Origin: Styela clava
Lineage: Eukaryota
NCBI RefSeq assembly: GCF_964204865.1
Contig: NC_135254.1
Location: forward strand, 19,468,001 to 19,532,000
Direction: 5' to 3'
DNA: 64,000 nucleotides
In this document: positions 14,326-26,965 of the stretch, in pieces
How the letters are laid out: the number at the start of each line of letters is the position of its first letter
Numbering within the stretch: position 1 is the first letter of the stretch
Program-made: the position numbers and the translations under genes
The notes under the pieces: model-generated
Seen by the model: the letters and a program-made list of their open reading frames with translations, nothing else
Database searches by the model: none
What the model was told of the DNA's origin: nothing

Positions 14326-17038
14326 ATGAATATCAGAACATTGTTAGTGACTTTGATTGTGTCAGTAATTACGGTATCTGGGGATGAAACAGATACCAAG
14401 AAAGTGTGGTGTGTGGATGATACTGTGATGCAAAACACTGATCTTGTCAAAGGCATTGATAGAGATGATTTGTGCAAATCAAGTATAAGTAAGTGCTTCC
14501 CTTTTTATTGTATTGTTTCTTATGATGGAAGTGCATGTCATCTAAGGTAGCAGTTCCTTTACAGCGATTACAATCAATAGTACATTGTGATAATTTATAA
14601 CTAGTTTAATCCATAAGCAAAATATGTTTTGTAATAATGCTTATTTTTTTCAAAATGTGCTACCAATCACTGATCTCGGCTAAATGAATATAAATTAAGG
14701 ATAAGGCTAACCATGTATGTCATATATACTGTTAGTTTTACTCAACTTTTTTCATATGTTCAGTAAATGCCACACCATGGTCAGATGAGGAGGATAAAAC
14801 ACCAGCTAAACCAGAAAATCTCCAACTTCAAGCCCGCACTTATAAAACTGATGATGAAAACTCATCAAGGCAAATAGCTGTGTTTATATCATGGAGACAG
14901 AAAAGTAAGAAATTCTTTTCAGCCCTACTTTTATTTGTTTTCAAATTTACACTGGTCAGCCATTGTTTTGTCATTGAGTGGATGCTCTTTCAGTAAAGAT
15001 AAGTTCATTGCACTGTGACAAATTATCACTGTTGAGTTCAAAAATATGAATTTCCACAGTGGGTGACCTGCCTTCCTCACAAAGTTACTATGTTGAATTG
15101 AATTTTATCAATCCTCCTGGTCAACACAAGCAATATACAATGACATGGGATAATGCTCTGTTGAGGGAACTGGAGAATAGTACAGCACATTATGTAAGTT
15201 TTTTTAAAATTAAATATCAGGAATTAGTCTAGGGTTTCATATTTACCATGGGGAAAATAAAAGGCAGAGCAAACTGTAACTGATGATCAAAGGAAATTTT
15301 TGTATTTTAAAATTATAGGTGAAAAAATATATTTTTATACAAACAGGTTGAATTCAATTTTATCTACTGCAGCAGAATTGAAGGAAGCTACCATATTGGG
15401 CCCGGTGATAAATACCGGTTCAAGATACAAGGTTTACCCATGTATCAAGAAGACTCAGATCCCCAACTTGTCGCTGGGAATATAGCAATACCAGGTACAA
15501 AAAAATACGAAACTACACTTCCACAAGAAGTCCGTCAAACTTTTGATATTTAATTATTATTTACACTTTCAGGTTGTAGAAAAAGCAAGGAAATTCGAAG
15601 ATCTGCAGCTTGCCGCAGTCATACAAGAAGAAAGAAACGTCCAAAACCTAGTATTATTATTATTGTTTATTACTATTGATGAGAATGAAATCCTTTGAAT
15701 CAAAATAAATAAATGTACCGTACATAAAAAATAGAATAATGGACGATGGAAACTGATGCGTATCTGCAATACAATGCAAATCCATTAATTCTGATGATTT
15801 GTTTACAGTAAAGCCTATCAATGAACCAGCTGAAACTATCGATAAAGAAGAACAACCGTCTACTGAATCTGCAAAGAATATGAATGAAGCACAAAATCGC
15901 TCAGGTATTCAAAGAGTAGTGCTGGAAATAAATTCCTGATAAAGAAATTAATGTTTAATCGAAAAATAATTTACTTGCAGGAGATGATCCAGAAATAGCT
16001 GATTTTACCTCAACAAATATTGTTTTCATTATTGTTGGAGCGGTTATCATCGGCGTATTGATTATGGCATTATTATTCATTTTATGTCGTAAGAGGTTGC
16101 ATGGATGTAAGTTATTTTGTAATACTTCTAAGCCTTTTCATGTTTTGTGCATGACTCGCAAGTCACAATCACAACTTACCATATTTCTTATCTATTATTT
16201 AGATATTCTTCCGAAGAAAAGCGTCGCAAAACGACGTGTTCTAATAATCAGCAGTTTAGAAGAAAAATATTCGCAAGCTATTAACATGCTTTTAAAGATT
16301 TTTGACAAGATTGAAAGCATCAAACTAACATGTAATCTACGACAGAAAATTGACATAGGAGAGCATGGAATTGTAAAATGGGTGACAAAAAATGTTACTG
16401 ATGCTGATATTGTAGTTTTTGTCATAGGCAATAAAAGTGAAGTTGCAAAGGATCACTGTTCTGAAAACTCCCCATTAGAAGTAGAAGAAATTGAGAAACA
16501 TCAAGTTGGGCAATCACTCAATACAGCAGAAACCATCATCAATTCGAATAAGTGCGTAAATTCGCACAAAAAATTTATAGTACTCGACCTACATCATCAT
16601 GTTAAGAGGGAAGATTTGCCGATTTTCAAGCACTATAGATTGCTATCGGATTTCAAAAAATTCACCCATCATGTTATTGGAGCATCACATATCATGAGCA
16701 CTAGTGATAAGAAGATTTTCAGTAATCTACTCTCAAATGCACAGCTGGGATATGGAACAAAAATTACAACCGCGGAAATAGATGAAGATGACGTTATTGA
16801 TCCAAAAAATGCTCCCATTTCTGGCCAAAATAATTTTGATTCTCTACCATTCCCACCTGCAAATATTGAAGAAGGACAATCCCTGGCATTGAATATTGAT
16901 GATACTTCAGCATATGTTGATGGACCTCCATCGTGTGAAAGTAATCAGTCTCACGAGTATGTAACAACTGATTATAACAATCCAGGACAATCTTACAGAT
17001 ACCTCAAGGCAGGCGCTAGACCAAAAACAAAATGCTGA
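14326..17038 (+). CDS. IL-17 receptor-like gene A (signal peptide, single FnIII, stalk, TM, SEFIR, tail)
   Basis: Exons 14326-14488 (signal), 14764-14904 (PWSDEEDKTPAKPENLQLQ...IAVFISWRQK), 15060-15193, 15347-15494 (VEFNF...PGDKYRFKIQGLPMY...IAIP), 15573-15650 (GCRKSKEIRRSAAC), 15809-15904, 15981-16106 (TM IVFIIVGAVIIGVLIMALLFIL), 16203-17038 (RRVLIISS...IGEHGIVKW...ADIVVFV, SEFIR-like). Confidence 0.88.
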
Positions 17039-17656
17039 CATTGATAATAATACAACCAAGTCTATATAAAATGTTGGGCACTAGAATCTGACAAGGGCAT
17101 CCTTATATTTAAATGAGCTAGGAATGGAGTTGGATCTGAACGCTGGCAAAATGTCTCGCATATCATACCATTATGCAATAAACACACTTGAAAGCCATTG
17201 ATTTTTAAAATCATTTATTCAGCTTCCTATGATTTGTTCTTCCTATTGCCTGATACTGAACATTCGGTTACTTTACTTATTACTTGGGTTTATAATAATA
17301 TTTTCATGTGATTCTATGTACACTCTGCCACACGAATAATAGCTGATGCAGTTTTTATTTGTCTTTCTATGTATATTACCCTTATCAAAATAAACACCAT
17401 ATTGTTTTTTATTATTATGCTAAAGTGTGCAGAATATTTTCGTTAATGTCCATAGACAGCATCTTATTTTTGGGACATTTAAAACTACTGCTCACATTAT
17501 AAACTTTTGTGCAATTTTTTCTATGATATAGATCAGCTAAATGAATATCATGCGATGAATAAAGAGATCGAGATCCTAAAACCGCATTGCGAGCGCGGAA
17601 AGTTTTTATTAATAGGTACAAATTTTATTTCTCTGGGAATGACCATTACTATAGAC

Positions 17657-17836
17657 CAGTGGTTCTTAAACTTTAAGCCAGATAGGAAGGAAAAAGTATG
17701 TTTTATTCAAAAAGTACGTGGATGGAACGTAAATTTTGTAATTATCCCAAATAAGGCGGGCAAAATCAAATCTGAGAAATATTTTTATTTTCAATAGCTT
17801 CACACCCCCTAAAGAAATTGTGTATGAGAACCACTG
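17657..17836. mobile_element. hAT-type MITE (related truncated copy at ~23040-23240)
   Basis: TIRs CAGTGGTTCT / AGAACCACTG. Internal segment AAGGCGGGCA(A/G)AATCAAATCT...AAATATTTTTATT...TTCAC(A/G)CCCC is shared with 23140-23200. Confidence 0.75.
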
Positions 17837-18175
17837 CCATATAACATCTGATGTTTTTAATATACGAATTTAACTCTGAAAAAAAAGGTGATTTTTATTC
17901 AAAAGTTTGCAGTTATACTCTGATCAATGTTATTTGCTATTCTTTTCTCCAGAATTGAAGTTATAAAAAATTTCTAACTTCCGTTATTAATGTTTTTTCT
18001 TATTATTGTATTCATATTCAGAAAAACTAGTTTGTGATTGTGATTAACTGAACTATAGTACCTATTGTGAAATGTTTGTTCCTTTTTGAGGTGTTATTTT
18101 GTTGTATTTGTGAGCCAAAAGTTTCAGAAACCTGATAATGATTTTTTTGTGTTTATATAGATTATATAGGATGTA

Positions 18176-21100
18176 ATGATAGCAAGTCTTATAAAATGCA
18201 TCCTGCTTTTACTGATGTTGCTGCTACCTTCTTCATTCTCTATGAATTGCATGTCGGGAAAAGGAAATATATGCACATGCAAACAAAGTATGTTGTTTTT
18301 ACATTTAAGTATGACAATTTGTTCACTGTTTCGAATGTATATATCCAGAGACAACATTTAAGTCCAATCATAAAAGTATTAGCCATGAATATCTTAATGG
18401 ACAGAATTCATTCAGCTGGGCGGCCTCGGAATTGACTTAAAAAACCAAGTTTGTTTTACTCAATATGGTTTGAGAAATGTGATACATGCTTAAAACTCAA
18501 GAATTTGCTGTTCATGTAACTTATTTTAAAGAGGGTGTGTCAAGATAAAAGGGTGATTGTATTGAAATTTTGAAAAAATCAAAAATAGTTTATGACATAA
18601 AAATTTACAGAACTCTTATATATTTAAACCTCGCCAAAATTCATGGTTGATTTGATATTAAAAAAGATGGTCGATAAATGAAGGTGTGTTATAGAAAAAC
18701 GCAGAAATAACAATGATTTATTTACAACAATATTTTGACTGATATTGGTAATTTATTATTACATTTTACAGGACGAGGAATACCGTGGTCAATACCGACA
18801 GATAGAACCGCTCCTGCTGTGAATAATGTCAACGCCCGATTTTTTGTTGAATCCGAGAGGATTGGCATTAAAGTAAAATGGAGCTATCGAGGTGAGGCCG
18901 TGTGTACGCTAATTTGTTTATTAAGGCCAAACAACGAATTCTATTTGATTTTCGTTTATGAAGTCGTAATGTTATTAAATAAAAACCGAGCCTTACTATA
19001 TTTGTAACTTATCTTAGGTATAATAAATTGGAGAACATTCAGGACATAGTAGCTCATTACAAAATTTCAGAAAGCCTCATAAATTATAAAATATTTATAT
19101 CATGGTAGTGGCCAAGATTTCAAATTAGCTCTCTGTCCTGGTTAAATAAAAGCTTGTTAATTTCCATATACAGTTATGTATTTGCCAGACATTTCTGGAG
19201 GATTTTTGATTGAAGTACTATATTCTAAAGGTGACCCAAAATATTATCACTGCAATGTGACAGTTCAAAGAACTAGATCAAAGAAACCCGCTGTAAGTAT
19301 GCTATTAGAATTTGGTTAAGTAATCAATTATTCTACCCAGCTATAGAAATTCGTATAATAAGATTATAATACATTTCAGATTACATTTCAATTCATATAT
19401 GGAACTGGTACTGTACGACCAAAGGATGAATTTCTGTTTAAAATATCATCACTTCCGCTCTATACTTTTGATAGCAAGCCATCTAGCGAATCAGTTACAT
19501 TACTTGTTAAAGGTTAGTATTCAGAAAAACATTAGGAATTGAAATTCTATATCATACTCGGTTCTGATGGCATTGTGAATATTACATAAGATCAAATAAA
19601 GCCTGAACTCATTGTATTTGATTTCCACAAACAATAGTTCTTCCGAGTATTGTGGAAATGACCATGTTTTTGATTCTATTCTGAAATGAACTAATTCAAA
19701 AATTGAGATCAGTTAGATTATGATCAATGACAAGTACAAACTTAAACTAGCATCCCTAGTTTACTCAACACTGTAGGTTCCACATGCTACAGACAATGAT
19801 TTTTTTTCCGCATACGGCCAGAAAACTGCATCTCATTCGGTGTAATACTAACTAACACATTATTACGCATATATATATCTAACAGGTTGCAAACACAAAG
19901 ATATATCACGAACTATATACTGTAAAAGAGACAGAAAAAAAGTTTCTATCAGGATAGATGAGAACCCAGTACATGGTGAGCTGGCATTGAATTGTCTTTC
20001 TTGGTAACACTAATTGTTATTTGATATGGAGGGTATAGGCTCAATGCACTGAGGCCGACTAGAAATGAAATTTTGAAATACCAATAACATATTTATATTC
20101 AATATAGGCTATACTGTATTTCTGTTAGAATTTGAGCATTGACTTTTTTCAGATCAAACAATCTTTGATCAAAGAATCTTTGTTACCCTTTTTGTGTTGT
20201 GTGCGATCCTCATCACTCTACTGATATTTTATTTTCTGGCCATCATATGCATATGCAACAAACCAGGTGGGTTCGGTTAATTGACACTAACTTTAGAGAT
20301 GGCAAGCCTCTTGATTTTGCTGCTTTTTGGTATTGAAAACAAATTTACCAATGACTTTGTAAGTGTCATCTGAAAAGCTATTTGACAAACTACATAGTTT
20401 CTGTGTCATAACTTCTATTTACTCAATATGCCAATATTTGTGTTCTGGTCAAAAATATAATTAAGAAGATTCAATTTAGCTGACAGTAAAATTTGCATTA
20501 TTTTTTTCCAGGATTTCCTACTCTGACTCGTGTTAATCCTAGAACAATATTAATTGTTGGCAATGTTGACAATGAAGGAAAAATATTATTGACTAACGGA
20601 CTTTATAACGTTTTACGTTCAAATGGAGGAAATAATGTATACACCATCTCCAATGTTCAAAATATGAATGCAATTGGACAAGAAGGAATAACTGTTTGGT
20701 TGTCTAAAAAAATGTCGACATCAGATGTTTGTATCTTCCTGACTGACAATGATCTGACAAATGACAATAGTCATGTCAATATCGCAATTGGTTTAGCAAA
20801 GAGCATGATATTAAAAAAACACCATATCAGAGCCACGCGCAAAAAGATCATTCTTGCTCACTGGAACAACACTATCCACCATGACAATATTGAAAATCTA
20901 GTATTTTGCCAACATTACCATCTCATAACAGACATCAAAAAACTATTGAAACATGCTCTCGGAGAGCATTTTTATTGCACGCCTCAAAATTGTGACGATT
21001 CAAAGGAATTATTATGCAGATTATTATCTACTTTACCCCAATCAGAGTCTATAATCAGTAATGTCGCTAATATTAACGACCTCAGTAATACAGATGTCAT

Positions 21101-21176
21101 TGAAATCTGTGAAGAAGAAGAAACAATGAATATACTAAACCTAGATGAATTACCATCTATTGAATGCAACACATGA
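18176..21176 (+). CDS. IL-17 receptor-like gene B
   Basis: Exons 18176-18287 (signal + CMSGKGNICTC), 18772-18891 (PWSIPTDRTAPAV...IGIKVKWSYR), 19174-19292, 19380-19512 (ITFQF...KISSLPLY), 19886-19975 (GCKHKDISRTIYC), 20153-20266 (TM), 20512-21176 (RTILIVG...IGQEGITVWL...SDVCIFL, SEFIR-like). Confidence 0.87.
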
Positions 21177-21639
21177 ATTTCCGTCATCTGGTGTCTAATT
21201 ACTGATCTCTATCTAACCAATCTTGGATATTATATAGTACATAACATAGAAGCATCTGGAGAAAAAAAATTCGTACATTTTTTTTTAAATTAAAGACCTC
21301 AATGAAATGTACATACACAATTATGCAACTTGCCCTATCTAACTAAGCACATTTATTACATTACTAAATTTCCACTGTAATACATGAATTTTTTGTATCA
21401 TATATTTTTCTATTTTGTATTAAAATGAACCTGGTTGTCATTTTTCAATGATTTGTCATCATTGATGTTGACAAGCATTCCCATAATTAATGTTATTTAT
21501 GTAGAATTTAGGTAGGCCCCATCAATGCTATACATTTATTTATACTACAATTTTCAGGTTTTTGTATTTTCAATACATTATCACTTGTGTTGTTATGCTT
21601 AACAAAATATGTGTGTTTATTTTTAGATGGTAGGCTGTA

Positions 21640-24600
21640 ATGCAGAACTATGGGTTAGCTTTATGTTTGTTTCTGATATTACTTGTTTGCTGGAGTAAAG
21701 TGGTTGATGGTAAACATATTGAATGCAGGCGAAAGAAGTCAGAAAATTCAAAGTATTTAAATAAAAGAAAATGTTACTGTTATAATGGTAATAATTTTGT
21801 ACGAATCTAATACTACTTGATATCAGGGCTGTGGAGTTGAAGAAAATTTGCGCTAATCTCGATTCCAACTACAATAACTGCAAAAGTTGTTTATTGGAAA
21901 TGCTTGGTCAATTCAAATTCTGAATCATGACTACAATATCAATAAAAATATGCAAAACTAAGACACCAATTTCACAGCCTTAGGTAATATTCTTTAGATT
22001 ATATCTGCACGTTCACGATCAAGATATTCTCTTTAAAGATAGAACAATGGCTTTTTGAAATTAATATGTTGGAACTAGGTGGGTACGAACTTGGATTCTC
22101 AACCAAGAAACAACGTGCCCTGTTGATACATTGTTGCGTCACAATAACCTTTCAATTTTGTCATTCTCTTGAAATTTTAGAATGTCCACTACTGAAGGGC
22201 TTTTGCTTGTAAACAGTACTCGCCCCTCACTTGAATTCCGGGAGAATTCTTGCTAACATACAGAACCAGCAAATCCCATAGCGCGCTGATGCTGCTTAAT
22301 TTGAAAATGTCAAGCAAGATAATAAGATATTCGTTCGCTGAGGGAAATATTATTTTGACCAGTAGAATTGCCATTATTGCCGATTATTCAAACTCTAAAT
22401 ATCATGCACAATCTATTAATAGTTTTTTTTATACATAGTTACAGGTCCTGGGTGGAGTAAGAAAGAAGTTAAACCAGCCCCAGCAGTTTACAATCTTTCA
22501 CTAGTTCAGACTGCCTATAATATCTCAAAGGGTGAAACTCGAATTGGTGTTGATATTACTTGGACACAAAAGAGTAAGTTTATGTCAACACCCATAGCCA
22601 AGTATTCAAGCCAAATACTTATGTATTTTGAAATAAATTACGAACAACCTACTAAATTGATATATTTTGCATCAAATAAAGCAAAATCTAGAACAAAATG
22701 CTTTTCTTTGAGGGTCACTGATCCATTCGTTTGACTTTTATAATCATTATGTTAAATTTTTCCTCTCTGCAATTGAATGTAAATAAAATAAAATGTTTTT
22801 GTATTGTTAGCTTTTAATTTTTTGATATTACAGGTTCTGATATTGAATATATAGACCCAGGATACTTCATTGAAGTTGTAGACAGAAGCAGCAATGAGGA
22901 TTGGCAATATAAATGTCCTATAAAAGTTAACAATTCAAAAACCGAAATGGTAAGAAATGTGCCTTATTATTAGTGATACAGGATTACAGGGTAACCCTCA
23001 AAAAACACAACCGATAATTAATTCCTTCTATGAACATGAAAAAAATATATTCGGAACTTCTGCTTGTGTATGATTGTACCCAAAAAAATATGTGGATGGA
23101 ACTTAAATATTCAAAATAAAGAAATGTAAATATCCCCAAACTAAGGCGGGCAGAATCAAATCTAACAAATATTTTTATTGTTGCTTAGTTTCACGCCCCC
23201 TCAAAAAATTGTCTACGCCTCCACCGTTAGAGAACCGCTATACTAGAATATGACCAAATAACCTGGGTTCTGTTTTGGTTGGTCATCCGGTATCTGTCTT
23301 ACACATACCAAAGTTTACACTAAAACGCAATGATATCTAAAAAGAGCAGTCCTTTTTTTGTGCGAAATTGTTTTATGAAACGGAATTGCTCATAGATAAA
23401 TATACTAGCATAAAATGGTTAAACCTACCGGTATGTGGAAATCACACTATGACTTAATCTTCTGTCATTAACAAGCGTTTAATATCTCAGCTATGACCCT
23501 AATTCTTGAAAATTGCTTATATTTTTTAGGTGACGTTTCGCTACACTTTTAAAACTATTCAACACCGTGATGAAATAGTACCAGGAAAAACTTTCTACAT
23601 AAAAATATTTGGACTTCCAATGTACAATAAAGATGACACGCCATCATCTGTTAAAGGCGAAATAAAAATACAAAGTACGCTAACGCTTGAAAGAGACTAT
23701 GATTTCTAATTTTGGTATATATTTTAAAGCATGAAATACAAAAAGCATGGGTGTTTTTTTTTAATCTGCCTCCAGTATGCCAGAAACGATATTACCCACA
23801 AATAACTTTTCCATTGTTTAAACCAATGATTCTGTAGATTATATTTAAACTACGCAGCAGATGCTTTCAGCAATAATAACCAGTGAGAGTTTCACCTTAC
23901 CACATAGATGTATGATCATTTTGCTTATTATTTACTACAGAATGTGGAAATACTCAATCCCGTATTCGTGATAAGAAGAAAAAAAATGACCAAAAAAACA
24001 AGCGAATAAAAGGTTAGCTTAATTTTCAATAAATAATATTTACCGTATATAGTCTCCCACTTCTTAAATGACTTAATATTATTTTTTAGGTTCAAATTTG
24101 CGCCCAAGGGATGAAAATAATGTAAAGAATAAAAATAAAGGTATATAAAGAAAAATATTATATTAGCTGAAACCGATTGTTATTTGAATTTATTCTTCAG
24201 AGATATCGTACCATTCGAAAATACAATACTTGTTTTTTAGTAACTCAACTTAATTTTCAGTTCAAAACAAATAGCCTGCTTCTGCCTAAATTATTTTTAT
24301 TTTTTTAGATTCAAATTTACGCCCAAAGACTCCATCCAAAATAAAGAATAATAAAGGTATAGTGATGTCCTATTTACTAAAACAGAACGAAATTGATTGT
24401 TATCTGAATTAATTTTATTACAGATAACGTTCCATTCGAACATACAATACTAGTTGCTGTATTCGCCACCGTAGCAGTGATCTCAGTTATTGCCATCATT
24501 GTTTATAAAACTTCACAAAGTAAGTGGGATCTATTTCTGAATAATACCATTATGCGTATCTAAATTGCTACTTAATATGGTAAAGTGTGTGAAAACAGAG

Positions 24601-25748
24601 GTTCAGGAGCACCGTGAAAACTAGTGTCAATGCGTTATTGCTGCAAACAGATAAATATATATCAACCTGATATCGTGGTACTTAAGCTCTGAACAAGGCC
24701 CTATATAAGCAACCACTGATATATCATGACACGTAAGAGGTTACTTTACTTTTCAGTTAAGAAATGTCTACCCAATTTATTACACTCTGGGTAAGATGAA
24801 GAGCAAGAAATTTTAACCAAGATTTGTAAACTGCAATACTAAATTTTTAACCGGTACTACGCTAGTGATTCTCATTTGGATGTTTATGTTCCATCCACTT
24901 ATTTTCAACATGATTTTTGAATAAAACATACTTTCGCCTCATTAGCTTACTAGTTGGTGAGGCGCGAGAACCACTGTGCTAGGCCATCGCTCCACGCGAT
25001 TTGTGTAAAAATGATAATATTCTGGAAATTCCTTACAGGGGAAAGAGAGAAACTACCAAAAGAAGTTCGACATATTTTAGTAATCGGAGATTACATTGAA
25101 AGATACACACCGGTGATCAATCGATTAATTGAAATTTTCAGAGAAGATAACGTTGAAATTCATTCAAATATACGACAAGTTTCAGAAGTGGGACAAAATG
25201 GTATCATAACATGGACGACAGAAGCACTGGAAAAAGTGGATGTTGCAATATTTGTTGTAAACAGCTTGTCACAACTTAGAAACGAAGATGTAACAGTAAT
25301 TGAACAAAACGGAAAAGATCAATACTCTCCTGTTAAAATAGCTATTAGAATCGCAGAAAACATTGCACTGAAAAAAGGTTTCAAAAACTCCAGAAAGAAA
25401 TTCATAGTTGTAGATTTGAACAAATGCATCGTCGAAAATCCCTTAGTAATGTGTGAAGTTTACAACCTGGAAAAAGACTTCAAAAGAATGCTGAAACATG
25501 CACTCGGACCTAATTATAAGGATGAAAATATAAAGCAAAAGAAAGAGACGTTAGCTAAGTTAATTTCCGCAAGTCGAAAACCAAGATCAACCAGACCAAA
25601 AGAAAGATCTCTTCAACCGGTGATTGATTTTGAAAAGTCAAACAATCTTGATGAATCCATTCCACACGAGTGTGAACAAATACCACTGAATTCTTTAAAT
25701 ATACAACAAGATCAGCCACCGTCTGTAGAATGTAACGTATGTAGGTAG
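21640..25748 (+). CDS. IL-17 receptor-like gene C
   Basis: Exons 21640-21709 (MQNYGLALCLFLILLVCWSKVVD, signal), 22445-22573 (GWSKKEVKPAPAV...IGVDITWTQK), 22834-22949, 23530-23674 (VTFRY...PGKTFYIKIFGLPMY), 23941-24012, 24090-24140, 24309-24356, 24424-24519 (TM), 25039-25748 (RHILVIG...VGQNGIITW...VDVAIFV). Confidence 0.85.
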
Positions 25749-26439
25749 CAGTTTATTTGTGTAAAAAAAAACTCGATTTTATCATCATCTTTAGTAAGAT
25801 TGTATGTATACCATAGCTCTGTAGTACACAAACTCTTTTTTTTTCTTCTTTATTTCATACTTACCAAAAGCAAGACAGCGATAAGCGAGTGAATGATTTA
25901 TTAAAATTTTCAGCGAAACTAGCCTTGTATATTTTTCCACTTTAAACGTGATTTTATTTGAGCAATTAAATTCTTCACTTTGATTAATTTTTTTCATTGA
26001 TGCAATTGTATAATCTTCATATTGTTTTTTTCTTTCTATGTATTATTATACTGTGTCTTATCAGTACCTTCACTATGTCATTTTCATTTTCTAACATGTG
26101 TCTGATTTATCAATCACCAAGCTCACTGTCATCAACTGTGTCTGCATATCCGTACAACTTATTTGTTACTAATGAATATTTTGGATTTTAATACAACTAA
26201 CCAACGAGTACATTTCTTTGATATTATAATTTTTCAAAAATTTTTACTAATTTCTGCAAAAACAAAGCACATCTCTGGTTCATATCTCGCCCATTATTGA
26301 ATATTTATAAAGGACCTTTTTCAGATTGAAATTCGTTGATAAGAATTTTATAAAAAAGAGCAACTCAATCAGCGACGATTGTCTCCCGGGGAAGTCAAAA
26401 CATTTATAAGCCAATTTTTATAATTGTTTTTTCAAATTT

Positions 26440-26965
26440 CTATCGATTTGTTGGATGGCTATTTTTATTTATGCATGGTCATTTTATTTATTCTGGTCTG
26501 TTTGAAACTGTATAATATGAGACTTGAGATATCTAGAATTAAGATTTTGACTTACAGTGGCAAAACAAAACAAATTTGCTGGATGACTTTTCATTTATTC
26601 ATGCATGATCATTTCATTCCTATCCGTTGTGTGTAATGAAATTACTCACGTAAAATGTTTGATACTTTATTGATGGGACTGTAGAAATAGATCTCTAGAA
26701 AGGAGAATATGACTGCTGACAGTGGTAAAACTAATTTGTTGGATTACTTTTCATTTATTTATGCATGATCATTTCATTCTTCTCCGTTGGTGTGTAATAA
26801 AATTACTTATGAAAAATTTTTGATTCATCTTTAGTTGAGATATCTAGAATGGAGAATATGACTGCTGACAGAGGTAAAACTAATTTGTTGGATTACTTTT
26901 ATTTATGCATGATCATTTTATTCTTTATCATCTGTTCATGTGTAATAAAATTACTTACGAAAAAA
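26440..26965. repeat. ~160-bp imperfect tandem repeat (3-4 units) between genes C and D
   Basis: Recurring TCTAGAA...GACT...AAAAC.AATTTG.TGGAT.ACTTTT...ATGCATGATCATTT...GTGTAAT.AAATTACT. Confidence 0.8.

Noticed and set aside
16058-16202. N-terminal parts of the long track ORFs (also 20493, 24954) as true starts
   Set aside because: These are read-through into introns; the SEFIR exons begin at splice acceptors.
26440-26965. CRISPR-like array or coding repeat
   Set aside because: Eukaryotic context, whole ~160-bp units repeat with no unique spacers, and the ORFs are short and inconsistent.
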